64,000 bases of DNA from the human T2T-CHM13v2.0 reference genome, Homo sapiens. Shown here in pieces: positions 31,997 to 44,612 of the stretch. Under the pieces are notes generated by a model. That model was not told where the DNA came from. It was given only the letters and a program-made list of their open reading frames with translations, and ran no database searches. A program made the translations under genes and the position numbers. How positions within the stretch are numbered: position 1 is the stretch's first letter; each line of letters begins with the position of its first letter. The stretch lies in NCBI RefSeq assembly GCF_009914755.1, contig NC_060926.1; one strand, written 5' to 3'.

Positions 31997-32378
31997 GTTA
32001 TGGGCTGAATTGTGTTCCCCCAAATTCATATATGGAAGTACGAATCCCTAGTCCCTCAGCATGTGACCTTATTTGGAAATAGTTCTTTAAAGAAATAATT
32101 AAGTTAAAATAAGGTATTTAGGGTAGGCCTTCATGTTAATGAGCTTCTTTATAAGAAGAGGAGATTAAGATGCAGATATGACGGAGGGAAGGCCATGTGG
32201 GCACACTGGGAGAAGATGACCCTCTGCAAGTTAAGGAGAGAGGCCTCCAAGAAACCAGCCCTGCCACCACCTTGATCTCGGACATCTAGCCTCCAGAACT
32301 GGGAGAAAATAAAATTCTGTTGTCTAAGCCCCCTAGCCTGTGACACTTTGTTACGGCAGCCCTAGCAAACGGGCACAC
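31997..32378 (+). mobile_element. MLT1B/C solo LTR
   Basis: TGTTATGGGCTGAATTGTGT...GTTACGGCAGCCCTAGCAAAC. Confidence 0.88.
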
Positions 32379-33081
32379 TTGGTAGTAATAGATAATGTGT
32401 TTTGATAGATGATTAAATTTAATCAAACTAGATGACCTTGAGCATCTTAAAATTAGATTATGTTCTGCAAATGTAGTATATATAACTTCTGACTTTTCTC
32501 GGGAAGAAAAACAAGGTAACACAACAAATACCCCCATTTAGAAAAGGGAGGGCGGCCATGGAGGAAGAGATCTTTAGCAGTACCATACACTGGCCCTTGG
32601 TTTGAGCCAGAAAATCCCCTAAGCATCAGTTTGTCGAGCTTCTCTTCCCCAGCATGTTCTGGCCACTAGGAAGATTTGCTTTTCCTGGTTTGCTTAAATA
32701 CCACATCTGAAAGGAGAATTATGAAGTAAAGAACTGCTCTTTGTCTTGGGAAGTGTGTGTGCGTGTCTGTTTGTGTGCCTGTGTCTGGACATATTCCTGG
32801 CAGATCTCGTCTGCTGATTGCCCTCATTCTTTGCAGCTGGGTGGGGGATGGCTAAAGAGGCTGAAATTTTCTATTTAAACCGGCAAGGATCTCTTTTCAC
32901 CAGGACTGGGTTGTTTTTTTTTTCTGGGGAAGCAAATCCTAGGGAACCAGAGTGGGATGTCTGTCAGTTTCATCTGGGGAGACTCTGTTATACGCAATGT
33001 CAGTGATTTCATCACCTGGATTTGAGACTCTCCATATTCAAAAGCCTGAGTGGGCCATGTAATGTAATGGTTAAGAGTATA

Positions 33082-33359
33082 GGCAAGGTGGCTTATGCCT
33101 GTAATCCCAGCACTTTGGGAGGCTGAGGCGGGCAGATCACCTAAGGCCAGGAGTTTGAGACCAGCCTGGCCAACATGGCGAAACCCTGTCTCTACTAAAA
33201 ATACAAAAATTAGCCAGGCGTGGTGGTACATGCCTGTAATCCCAGCTACTCAGGAGGCTGAGGCAGGCGAATCACTTGAGCCCTGGTGGTGTAGGCTGCA
33301 GTGAGCCAAGATCAAGCCTTGCACTCCAGTCCAGGTGACAAGAGCAAGACTCTGTCTCA

Positions 33360-33390
<31 letters not shown>

Positions 33391-33396
33391 GAAAGA
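33082..33396 (+). mobile_element. Alu
   Basis: Dimer; TSD AAGA(G/A)TATAGGC. Confidence 0.95.
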
Positions 33397-33724
33397 ATAT
33401 AGGCTCTGAAGTCAGATTGACCTGTTTTGGAAGCTTGGCACTTCTTAATTATGCAATCTTGTACAAGTTTTAACTCTCTCACCCTCTTTCCACATCTATA
33501 AAATGGTAATAAAAGTGCTCACATAAAGTCATTTGTAAATAGAGCATGCAAAAGACTTATGCATGGCAAATGCAAAAAAAAAAAAGGAACACTTTTTAAC
33601 TATGTTGTTATTGTTATGTTTTTAGGCTTCTTAGAAACAGCAACAAGGTGACCATGTTTTCTTGGCTCCTGTGACTCAGCAATCTTGGTCTTCGATCAGT
33701 TACCAGCATTCTCCTTCTCTCTCT

Positions 33725-34037
33725 TTTTTTTTTTTTTTTTTTTTTTGAGACGGAGTCTTGCTCTGTCACCCAGGCTGGAGTGCAGTGGTGAGATCTTGGC
33801 TCACTGCAACCTCTGCCTCCTCTGCCTCCCGGGTTCCAGCAATTCTCCTGCCTCAGCCTCCTGAGTAGCTGGGATTACAGGCACGCGCCACCACACCTGG
33901 CTAATTTCTGTATTTTTAGTAGAGACGGGGTTTTGCCATGTTGGTCAGGCTGTTCTCAAACTCCTGACCTCAGGTGATCCATCCGCCTCGGTCTCCCAAA
34001 GTGCTGGGATTACAGGTGTGAGCCACCGCACCCAGCC
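33725..34037 (-). mobile_element. Alu (AluS-like)
   Basis: Antisense dimer; TSD TCTCCTTCTCT. Confidence 0.95.
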
Positions 34038-34384
34038 TCTCCTTCTCTTGACAGTGTTAGCCTAAGAACGTTGCTGGGGAATAATGAGTTATGCGGGATT
34101 AGGACTTCGCCCTTGTGATAATCTCACATTGCATCCCAGTTCCAAATGGAAGAAGCTTTGAAGAGTTTAGGGGATTCAGGTTCTAAATTTCCCCATATCA
34201 CATGGGTAGCTCCAGGCCATTTGCCAGAATGTCCATTTTTTTCTAAGCATGGCATTAGCTTTAGACACAGGAAATTAGCTGATAAAATCCTGAGAGGTAT
34301 GAAATTAATTTCTCAATCTGGCCCTCCATCCTCTCAGAACAATAATCCTGCTTCCCTCTGTTCCATTCAGAAAGACCCCTCTCA

Positions 34385-34670
34385 GCCAGGCACAGTGGTT
34401 CACGCCTGTAATCTCAGCACTTTGAGAGGCTGAGGTGGGAGGATCACTTGAGCCCAGGAGTGAGTGAGACCAGCCTGGGAAGCATGGTGAGACCCCATCT
34501 TTACGAAAAAAAATTTTTTTAATTAGCCAGGCATGGTGGTGCAGGCCTATTGTCCCAGCTACTTGGGACTCAGATGGGAGAATCGCTGAAGCCTAGGAAT
34601 AGGAGGCTGCAGTGGGCTATGATTGCACCACTGCACTCCAGCCTGAGCAACAAAGTGAGACCCTGTTTCA
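34385..34670 (+). mobile_element. Alu (AluJ-like)
   Basis: Dimer whose tail has expanded into the purine tract. Confidence 0.92.
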
Positions 34671-35138
34671 AGAAAGAAAGAAAAGGAGGAAAGAAAGAAA
34701 GAAGGAAAGAAGGAAGGAAGGCAAGAAGGAAGGAAGGAAAGAAAGAAGGAAGGAAGGAAAGAAGGAAAGAAGGAAGGAAGGAAGGAAAGGGAAGGAAGGG
34801 AAAGGGAGGGAGGGAGGGAGGGAGGGAGGAAGGAAAGAAAGAGAAAGGAAGAAGAGGAAGGAAAGAGAGAGAGAGGAAGGAAGGAAGGAAGAGAGAGAAA
34901 GAGGAAGGAAGGTAGGAGAGAGAGAGAGAGAAAGATAGAAAGGAAGAAAGAAAAAGAAAGAAAGAGAAAGAGAAAAAAGAAAGAGAAAGAAAGAAAAAAG
35001 AAGAAAGAAAGAAGGAAAGAAAGAGAAAGAAAGAAGAGAAAGACAGGAAAGAGAGAGTGGAAGGAAGAAAGAGAGAGAAAGAGGAAGGAAGGAGAGAGAG
35101 AAAGAAAAAAAGAAAGAAAGAAAGAAGAAAAAAAGAAA
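34670..35138 (+). repeat. ~470-nt polypurine (GA-rich) tract
   Basis: Mix of GAAA, GGAA, GGGA and GA units; only about 5 pyrimidines. Confidence 0.97.
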
Positions 35139-36359
35139 TATCAAGAAATAAACTGTCTTACATGCCTGGAATGTTTTCTTTAATAGTTTTCTTAACTGCA
35201 GTTTCTGATTTCTTTGGTACCAATATTATCACTAGACTGGATCTAATTCAGCTATCTAGAGTGGTCCATTTTACAGGCCTCCTTATCATTTGTTTGTCTA
35301 ACTTAGCTGTAATTTGGGTTTTCTCGGCTGGTATATTGTCAGCCTCACTGCATCTCTGCTGCAACAGTTCTACGCTTGACAACTCCCACTGATGTCTTAG
35401 GTTTCTCTAAGAACACATAGCGCAGCACAGTCTCAGAAGTACAGAGCATTTCTCTTTAACAGTCTTTTTCTTTCTTCTCTTTTATGAAAGTAGCTGATAT
35501 CAATTCATTCAAGCCTCCTTTAAGCAATTCTACTGCTGATGCACTGTAGGTGCAGGGTTATTTTTCATTGTTTGAATATTTTTATTCATGTTTTCTTTAA
35601 TATGTTCAGCTCAGAGTGATGTTATTTTATTTTTGTGGCAAACATTCAACCCCTCGTTATAGTTGATGGAATATATTTATATAACATCTATCTCATTGTG
35701 CTGTGCAACAGCTGATCTTGATGTTCTATAGTTTGGTCTATTTAAATAAGACATATCTGGTTTCCTTATCCATGCAGCAAGACACTAATATTATTATAAA
35801 TTTATTTTATCTAATTTAATGTTTACTTGGCATGATACCCTAAATATTTTACTTGTTCAATTTTCTAGTGACATTAAAAAATAATTTAAACACTAACATT
35901 AGACGGAGACCATTGTCATTACCATCACTTGGAATCCTTTGTCACCAAAGAACTCTGGCAGCAAAGAGCCAATGATAGAAGTGATGGGTTATTGAAAAGG
36001 GAATCCATCTTTCAGATCGATGCCATGCCTGGATGATGCTTATGGTGTCCTCCAGCACCGAGATTCTGTGTTCTCTGAGGCACACAGAAACTCTAAAATC
36101 CTATGCAATGCTGTAGTAGATTAACTCCTGCTCTTTTGCTTCTCCATCACCATCTTGGTGTCATTTGTAAGTAAATACTTGAGAGGCAGCATTACCAAAT
36201 AAGGAAACATCAGTTGTTAAATTGTGGCATCCTAGGTCAAAGAAAAACCTACTCTAAGATTTTTATTACTTCAAAAGCAAACAAACAAGCCTACGTGTGC
36301 CAGGCACCCCTCATTCTCTACTTCAAATCATCTTCCTCAAGCCACTGCAGCAGAGACCA

Positions 36360-37520
36360 ACTTTGCCCTCGTTTTGACTAGCTTCACACAGGTACCATCT
36401 GACAAAGTCTTACCTAAAGCACCCACATGTCTCACCTCCCGCTTCCTGCCTATCACTTGCTGGTGGGCGAGAACTGTGAGAATCTCTTCATTCAGGCATG
36501 CACAGCCCACAAGTGTGGGGGCTTAACACTCCACTAGACCAGTGGGGTACAGGAGCCAATAAATACATGCTTCTCCCTTTGAACCTTGTGCAAAGTCCTG
36601 AGATGCATTCCCTCAAAGGTCTCATGATCCTCACATGTCGTGATCCCATGAGACTGGGAGCTGGTTGCCTCTAGTGGTAGCTGTTGGGGAAATATAATTA
36701 AAATCAAAATCTCCCAAACCAGAAATCTTCTCTACAGTGGTAATATAGGAAGAAAACACCTTTACTAATGAATAAGAAACAAACTAGAATATCATGCGCA
36801 TCACCGGCAATCCATAAGGATTGCAAAGGCAGAAATAATGCTCACCTCTTTATGTACCCAAGCATATACGACCCATCACATACATGTTCTCAAGATAAAC
36901 AATAAATCATCCTCAAGTAAAAGGACTTGACAGCACCATTTGCCACATGTAGTTCATCCTCTTAAATTCATCTGGTAATTGTGGTAACCATCTAGGTTAG
37001 CTTATTAGCTTTATCCAGTGGAAAAATTAATTTCTTATATGTTTATAACATGAGACAGTTTTGAAAATTAGAGCAAGGTGCCCACCAAAATTAGGCTCCT
37101 ATCCTCCCAAAGGAGATAGAGGAGATATCTCTTTTGATATTTGCATTTCAAGAAGATGGCTCTCAAGCTTCCTGGATCATAAAGCTGAAAAAAAAAATGG
37201 CCAGCTGACTAAAGCCCAATCTAGTCTAATAAGGGATACATTTTGAGGAGAGGAAAATATAAATTTACAATTATAAATTTTCTAAGGAAAGGTGTCTAAG
37301 AAAAGGGGGTAGGGAAGAAAAATCCCTTTCCTCATTTTCAACAGACAGAACTAAGCCCCTTATTTTAAATTTGTATTTGTTCTTACACAGTCAACACAAC
37401 AACACATCCTTGTGCTGGCTTCCCCTCCTTCCCTGTCCACCATTCTTCCCTCAACTCTGCTCCCTGGGAATCATTTAACAAAAACCCACCAACCATGAAA
37501 GCCTGCTTGGTGGGAAGTTC
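36360..37520. mobile_element. LTR16-like ERVL LTR, split by an inserted ERV1-class LTR
   Basis: LTR16-like sequence on both sides of 36682-37387 (GGCTTCCCCTCCTTCCCTGTC...CTGCTCCCTGGGA on the right). Confidence 0.55.
36682..37387 (-). mobile_element. ERV1-class solo LTR (MER34-like)
   Basis: TG...CA ends, ~700 bp, degenerate 4-bp TSD TAGC/CAGT. Confidence 0.55.
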
Positions 37521-37859
37521 TAGGAAAGACCCTCTATAATGAAACACCATAATCAAAACTAAAAGGCAAAAAAAAAAATTGGATAAAATATTTCTCATGA
37601 AGGAGGGGTGAAGAATTAATATTACTAATGTATTAAAAGAGTGTACAAATAAGAAAGATACTAATCCCCAAAAGAAAATTACAAATTTAAATTACAAATC
37701 TTTTTTCCATCAGTTTTTAAACACTTTTAAAAGGTGATATTGTATTTAATCAAATCTAAGATTCATTAATGGTAAGATGCACCACATGTTATAAGCCATT
37801 ATAAAAAGAAAAACGCTGCATATTAAACCAGAGCCAATAACCCATTTTTTCACTTGATG

Positions 37860-40800
37860 TGCATTTTCATTTCATTCACTGTATTCTTTAGCTCCAGAAT
37901 TTCTGTTTAGTTCTTGTTTTATGATTTCTCTTTTTTTAAATTAAACTTCTCATTTTGTTCATGTGTTAGTTTTTCTGATTTTTTGTTGATTTGTCTATCT
38001 GTGTTCTCTTGTAGCTCACTGAGATTCCTTATAACAATTACTTCAAATTCTTTGTAGGCAATTCATAGATCTCCATTTCTTTGGGGTTGGCTACTGAAAT
38101 ATTATTGTCTTCCTTTGGTAGAGTCATGTTTCCTTGATTTTTTTCATGTTTCTTGAAGTCTTATATTGCTCTCTTTGCACTGAAGAAGAATCAGTTACCC
38201 TTCCAGTCTTTACTGACTGGCTTTGAGAGAGAAATGCCTTCACCAATCAGCTGAGCTAGGGATTCTAGACCTTTTCTATGAATGCATCTGCTCCACACCT
38301 CTTGTTCCCTGTACAAATGAGGCAGAAATTCTTAGGGTCATAGGCCTTGTTTTGATCCCATAAAGCCAGGCCAGGGATTGAGAGCCTCCTGTTTGTTTTC
38401 CCTAGGGCAGTGCTCCGAAATGTTCAAGTTTGTGTGCCTTCTCCCAATCCTGCAGAGTCAAGCTGGTGGTCTATATGACACACTTGCACTTCCCATCTGC
38501 AGGGGACACTCAGGGAGCCAACCTGCCGGGGGAGGGATAAGGTATGTGGAGCATTTGGGATGATGTGGGTCAGCTGAAGTGGGGGGTCCACAGGTGAAAT
38601 GTTCTAAGTGGCTGGTAGTTGGCTTCCTAATAGACTCCACATAGCACTCAATAGGGTCCCTGACCTCTCTTCCCGTGTTTCTGGCCACTCAGCTGTACTG
38701 ATTACCTCTGGATGAGATGAGAAAGAAGTGAGCCTCTTGGGTACCATCCTGCATGGCTGGGGGAGTTGGGTGCTCACTTGGAGAAGAGGTGATGTGGGTA
38801 AAGTGAAACTGTTTTTCTTACCCTCTTCAATGCATCTATTCTCGAATTTTTTGCTCCAATGGTATGCTGGAACATCTCTGCTGGACTCAGACTCTCACAG
38901 AGGTCCATGGGTAATTGTCAAAATTGATGCTTCTGCAGGGAGATGATGGTAGAAAGCTCCTATTCCACCATCTTGCAGACATCACCTATGTCCCAAATAT
39001 AAATTAAACACTAGCTACTGCAACACTTTGATGGGATGAGTACCAGCAACATACAAGTGTATTTTTGTTTTTAAATAAACTTTTATTTTAGAGGAGTTTT
39101 ATATATACTGAAAAATTATAAAGATAGTACAGAAGGTTCCCATATACCCCACACAGTTTCCCCCATTAATACCATACATTAGTAAGGTACGTTTGTCACA
39201 ATTAGTGAACCAATATTGACATAATATTATTAACCAAGTCTATATTGTATTCATATTTTCTTAGCTTTTACCTAATGTCCTGTTTCTATTCCAGGATTCC
39301 ACCCAGGATACCACATTATACATATTTAATTGTCCTGTGTCCTTAAGCTCCTCTTTGCTCTGAAAACTTATCAGACTTCCCTTGTTTTTAAAGTCCTTAA
39401 AAGTTTTAAGATCTGGTCAGACATTTTGTGTACTGTCACTCAAGTGAGATTTGTCTCATTTTTTTTTTACATGATTAGACTGGGGTTTTAGGTTTTGGGG
39501 AGGAAGACAATACAAGTAAAATGTCATTTTCATCACATCGTATCAAGGATACATACCATAAACATGATTTATCATGGTTGATGTTGACCTTGCTCACCTG
39601 GCTGAGGTTTTGTTTGTCAAGTTTCTCCACTATAAAATTGCCCTTTTTTCCTGTTTCCATGCTGTACTCTTTAGAAGAAAGTCACTCTATGCAGCCCACA
39701 ATTACAGAGTAGGAAGTTATGCTCCACCTCTTTGAGGGCTATATATATATATGTATGTAACTATTTGGAATTCTTCTGCACAGAAGATTTGTCTCTTGTT
39801 TATTCGACCATTTACTTATATCAGTATGGATCCATGGATATTTATTTTATACATAGGGTTATAATCCAATGTTACTTTATTTATTTTCTTGCTCAAATTA
39901 TTCCAGCTTTGGACATTGGGGGCTCTTTCAGTTGGCTCCTATGTCACTATGACATACCCCCATCAATGTGGGTTTTTTGCTTTTATTTTTATTACTTCCT
40001 TGTTTTCTAGCATTATCAGATACTCCAGAATCATCTTGTATATTTCTGCCCAGTTCTAGAACGAGCCCTCTCCCCTTAGAATCCCCCTAGGAATCCTTTT
40101 TTTGAAAAATGGTATTAGAAACCAATATCTGGGCACTAAGTATGCTCATTACTACTAGGGTCTTTCTCAGCCAACAGAGCAAGGAAATACATGTATGTAT
40201 ACTAAACTATGTAAATACATTTAGCTATAAATATTTCTGTATGTAACAATCTGTATTAATATTAAGCTAAACATAAGTTCATACTGATGTCTCCAACTCT
40301 ACTCTAATACCCCAGGGATCATTCTAGCCTCCTCCCCTTACTTATCTGTAAATTCCCACTCTAACAGTGAGAAACCTGGCTCCCATTATGTCATCTACTT
40401 ATTCAATCATTCAATTCCAGTATACATGGATAGAAGTATCAGAATTATTACCCTACCCCTATAGGAAACAACTTTATCAACAAGAATACAGTATTTATGT
40501 ACAGTTCCCTTTGCCTTTATTCATAGATACTCCACTTGTTTCCAGAGTTACTTAGATCACCACCTGTTTCCTCCAGCCCTTCAGTGAAATTCCTTCGTAT
40601 ACATGTATTATGGTTATATTCTTTTTCTTACATTCTGTATTCCATCTTGAGATCCCATGATCTATTAAATGATTTTTGCATATATCAAAGTCCATTTTTT
40701 GCATTGTACAGCCCCATGAGTTTTGACAAATTCATAATATCATGTATCCATCATTACAGTATAATACAGGATATTTTCACTGCCCTAAAAACATCCTTTG

Positions 40801-41300
40801 TGCTTCATCTTTTTAAACTCTCCCAACCCACTTGAATCCTTGACAACCACTGATCTCTTTACCATCTCTACAGTTTCGCCTTTCCAGAATATACGTAGAG
40901 TTATATATCACTTTTTCAGACTGGTTTCTTTCATTTAGTAATATTCCTTTAAGATTCATCCACATCTTTGCATGGCATAACAATGCATTCCCTTTTATTT
41001 CAGAATAGCATTCCATTGTATAAATATACCATACTATGTTTATCTATTTAGCTGCTGAAAGCCATTGGTTGCTCCCAGTTTTAGATGAATCTGCTATAAA
41101 CATTCATGTACATGTGTGGATATGAGTCTTCAAATCAATTGGGTAAATACCCAAGAGTGTGATTAGTGGATCCCAAGGTAAGACCACGTTTAGCTTCGTA
41201 AGAAGCTGCCAAAATGTTTTCCTAGGTAGCTGCAACATTTTGCATTCCCATCAGTGATGAATGAGAGTTCTTGTTGATTCACATCCTCTTCAGCAAAATT
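37860..41300 (-). mobile_element. Antisense old L1M fragments (ORF1-side piece plus L1MC/MD-type 3' pieces)
   Basis: T-rich antisense L1 motifs, e.g. AAGATAGTACAGAAGGTTCCCATATACCCC and CAACATTTTGCATTCCCA. Confidence 0.7.
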
Positions 41301-42177
41301 TACTCTGGCTATTTAAACCAAATGTGACGTTATTACAGGATAGCAGAAAGCTCAGAGAACTCATCTTTGGGAGCACTAAATCCTAGGCCCTGTGGCTCAC
41401 TGCCAGGAATAATGCCCACTGTGCCGTAGAAACTGCTCTAGCAAAATGTGACAGACACTATTGCTCAACATGAGGTCTGCACACAGGTGTTCTTCCACCA
41501 CAGCCCTTGAAATCCATATGCTGCCTCTTCCACCCCTGCCAGGCAACCCACACACACCCCTGTGCATGGTGACCTACTTATGTCACCCACCTCCTCTGAG
41601 GCTGTGTCACTGGGTGTATCTGAATCTATGTCCCAAGTTTGTAACTGTAGCCCAAAGGCATCTGTGAATGAGAGTCTTCTGGCTTCTGCCTTGCAAAGGT
41701 AGAACTCAGAAAGTGGGAAATTACCAAGTTATCCAAATATAGGAATGGTGTTCAAAGATGTTCTACATCTTTGACACCTGTCCATTATAGACTGTCACTG
41801 CAATGTATAATAGCAAAGACACTAGGATACAACCTAAATGTTCAGTAAAAGGCCATGGTCAAACAAAATGCAAACTAGCCATGAGAAAAAATATGAAACT
41901 AGAAGAAAATATGTTTTCCAAGGATTTCTACTGATTTTGAAATACAGTATACTCATGCTATGAGGTTACAGGGAATAAAGCAGTATGCAATTCCGTATAT
42001 GCAGATGATCCAATTTCAAAAATAAAATTCCCTGTATGTATAGAATGAAGCCTGAAGAATATAACACGAAATACTGATGATGGGTTCCACTGAGTTGATT
42101 TTACTTTTCTTCTTACTCATTTTTTAATTTTCAAGTTTTCCACAGTGTATTAATTAAAAAAAAAAAAAGCATAACGT

Positions 42178-42474
42178 GGCTAGGTATGGTGGCTCACACT
42201 TGTGGTCCCAGCACTTTGAGAGGCCAAGGCAGGCAGATCACTTAAGGCAAGGAGTTCGAGACCATCCTGGCCAACATAGCAAAACTCTGTCTGTACTAAA
42301 AATACAAAGAATTAGCTGGGCATGGTGGTGCACACCTGTAATCCCAGCTACTCAGGAGGCTGAGGCACAAGAATCACTTGAACATGGGAGGCAGAGGTTG
42401 CATTGAGCCAAATTGGGCCACTGCACTTCAGCCTGGGTGACAGAGCGAGATTGCCTCAAAAAAAAAAAAAAAAA
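42178..42474 (+). mobile_element. Alu
   Basis: Full dimer with A tail. Confidence 0.95.
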
Positions 42475-42711
42475 GTGTTATCCTCCCTCTACCAAAAAGA
42501 TTTTCATATACAAAAGCTTTCATAGTCCTAAAGAAGATGCCATCCCTCACTGAAATATAATTTACTTAAAGGTTCTCATGGATTTTAAAATAAAATCAAT
42601 TATAACAGATTCTTTAAAGGAAGAAGTTGTTTTAGCATTCTTTATCAGCATGTATAATTGATTTGAATTTCTTCACTATAGAAAGTTTGACTCAAGCTCT
42701 TACTTGCTAGG

Positions 42712-43184
42712 TATAAGATATGGGTAAGCTGCTGTAATAAAAAGATTCTAAAACACAGTGGCTTTAACAACTTAAAAGTGTATTTATTTCTCCAGTGATA
42801 GTCCAGAGGTGAGCAGTCCAAGATTAGCAAGGTGGCTCTGCAATGTGAGGTTATTCCATGACTTGGGTTCCATTCCTCCGGTGTCTCTGCCACCTCCTAG
42901 GGTGAGGTCCTCATGGCACGGTTGAAGCTGACTCACCTCCATTCATGTTCATGCTCTGGCCTATTGGAGATGAGGAGAGAGAAACTTCAGGTCATTTCAC
43001 TTTGTCTCAGAGAGGATGACTCAGAGGCCATTCAGAGCACTCCTGTTCACGTCCTGTCTGCTCAGGCTTAGTCACGTGGCCACACCTAGCTGTAAGAAGG
43101 CTTGGAATTGTAGGGTCTAGTTGGGTGGCCATGTGCCCTGCTAACACTCAGAGGTTCTATCCTTACATGCAAGAAAAGGAGAAT
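42712..43184 (-). mobile_element. MLT1J/K-like LTR
   Basis: AAGCTGCTGTAATAAA...CAGTGGCTTTAAC and TAGTCACGTGGCCACACCTAGCTG. Confidence 0.65.
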
Positions 43185-43305
43185 GGGCCGGTGCAGAGGA
43201 GCACCCCTGCAGTCCCAGCTACTCAGGAGGCTGACGTGGGAGGCTCACTTGAGCCCAGGAGTTTGAAATCAAAATAGTAAGACGCTGTGTCAGAAAAAAA
43301 AAAAA
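43185..43305 (+). mobile_element. FLAM/FAM-like free Alu monomer
   Basis: Single 7SL-derived monomer with A tail. Confidence 0.8.
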
Positions 43306-43420
43306 AGAAAAGAAAAGAAAGAAAGAGACGGAAGGAAGGAAGGAAGGAAGGAAGGAAGGAAGGAAGGAAGGAAGGAAGGAAGGAAAGAAGGAGGGAGGGA
43401 GGGAGGGAGGGAGGGAGGAA
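43306..43420 (+). repeat. (GAAAA)n-(GGAA)14-(GGGA)n microsatellite
   Basis: 14 uninterrupted GGAA units at 43330-43385. Confidence 0.95.
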
Positions 43421-43421
43421 A

Positions 43422-43548
43422 GTGTGAGCCACCGCGCCTGGCCAGTCGATTTCCACTCTTAACTGGATTCAAATCATCGTGGGAATTTGAACTCTGCACG
43501 TGTTAGGGCTGCACCCCCTGAGATTCTGATTCAGTTGATCAAGGGAGG
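43422..43548 (+). repeat. Local direct duplicate of 45642-45768
   Basis: 127 nt ungapped, 15 mismatches, offset exactly 2220 bp. Confidence 0.93.
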
Positions 43549-43957
43549 TCCTCTTTCCTAAACACCCTACTTCCTGCTTGCCCTTCCCAGCCTCAAAGAA
43601 TCCACTTCACAAAACCATTCCCTTCCTAAATCCTTAATCTCCAGACTCTAAGTCCTTCCTTTCTTGGACATACAGCAAATCCCCTTCAGGGCATAGACCT
43701 TTTAAACACAAAACTCTGAATGAATCATTTCTAGGGTGTCCAACTCAGTCCTGGAATATCCTCTTCTATTCTTTCAAACAGTAAAGCAAACAAGTGGCTC
43801 TCCCTCCCAGGGAAAGGAGAGCTCAGGCTTCCAGAGGATGAGAGAAAGTATTTCATTTCTTCCAGATGGGTCGATAGCAACAAAAACAAATTGAAGATAA
43901 ATATCAATAGATCTCCATCCTACATCAAATTACAAATACATCTCTATGCTACCAATA

Positions 43958-44377
43958 TGTTATGGGCTGAATCGCCCCCCTATCCCCCCACCGCCCACCA
44001 TTCATGTGTTGAAGTCCAGACCCCTAGTACCTGACTGTGACCTTATTTGGAGATAGGGTCTTCACATAAGTAATGAAGTTCAAATAAAGTCATTCGGGTG
44101 GGCTTGATCCAATATGCCAGGTGTTATTTTAAGAAGGGGAGATTAGGACACAGACCCAGAGAAACCCCCACGTGAAGACACAGGGAGAAAGCCACCTACA
44201 AGCTCAGGAGAGAGGCCTCGGAGGAAGCCAACCCTGTGGATACCCTGATCTCAGACTCAGCCTCTAGATGGTGACAGAATAGATTTCTTCTGTGGATCCA
44301 CCATATGGTATATATACATATACTGTAGGCACCCAGTCTATGGTACTTGTTTATAGTAGCCTTAGCAAACTAATACA
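43958..44377 (+). mobile_element. MLT1A/B solo LTR
   Basis: TGTTATGGGCTGAAT...TAGCAAACTAATACA. Confidence 0.88.
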
Positions 44378-44454
44378 ATATGACTTCTGAGCATAACACA
44401 GACATTGTAGTGGGAGGCTTATAAATATTTGCTGCTTTATTGTTATTGATTATT

Positions 44455-44612
44455 AACAGAGGGATTTAGCTGAAGGACTAGGGGCAATGAATCTGGATTT
44501 CCTGCTAAAACTGGTCCAGGCAAGCCGAAGACAAGGTCAAGAACAAAGCCTCATTGAAAACAGGGCTCAGAGGAGCTTGACTAAAATGTGGCCAAGGAGA
44601 GCATCTTTGTCA
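44455..44612 (-). mobile_element. MER31/MER67-like LTR fragment
   Basis: Reverse complement begins TGACAAAGATGCTCTCCTTGGCCACATTTTAGTCAAGCTCCTCTGAGCCC. Confidence 0.55.

Noticed and set aside
34550-35392. K/E/R-rich and F/L/S-rich ORFs
   Set aside because: Stop-free readings of the polypurine tract
43185-43305. 7SL/SRP RNA gene or pseudogene
   Set aside because: Lacks the S domain; fits a free Alu monomer
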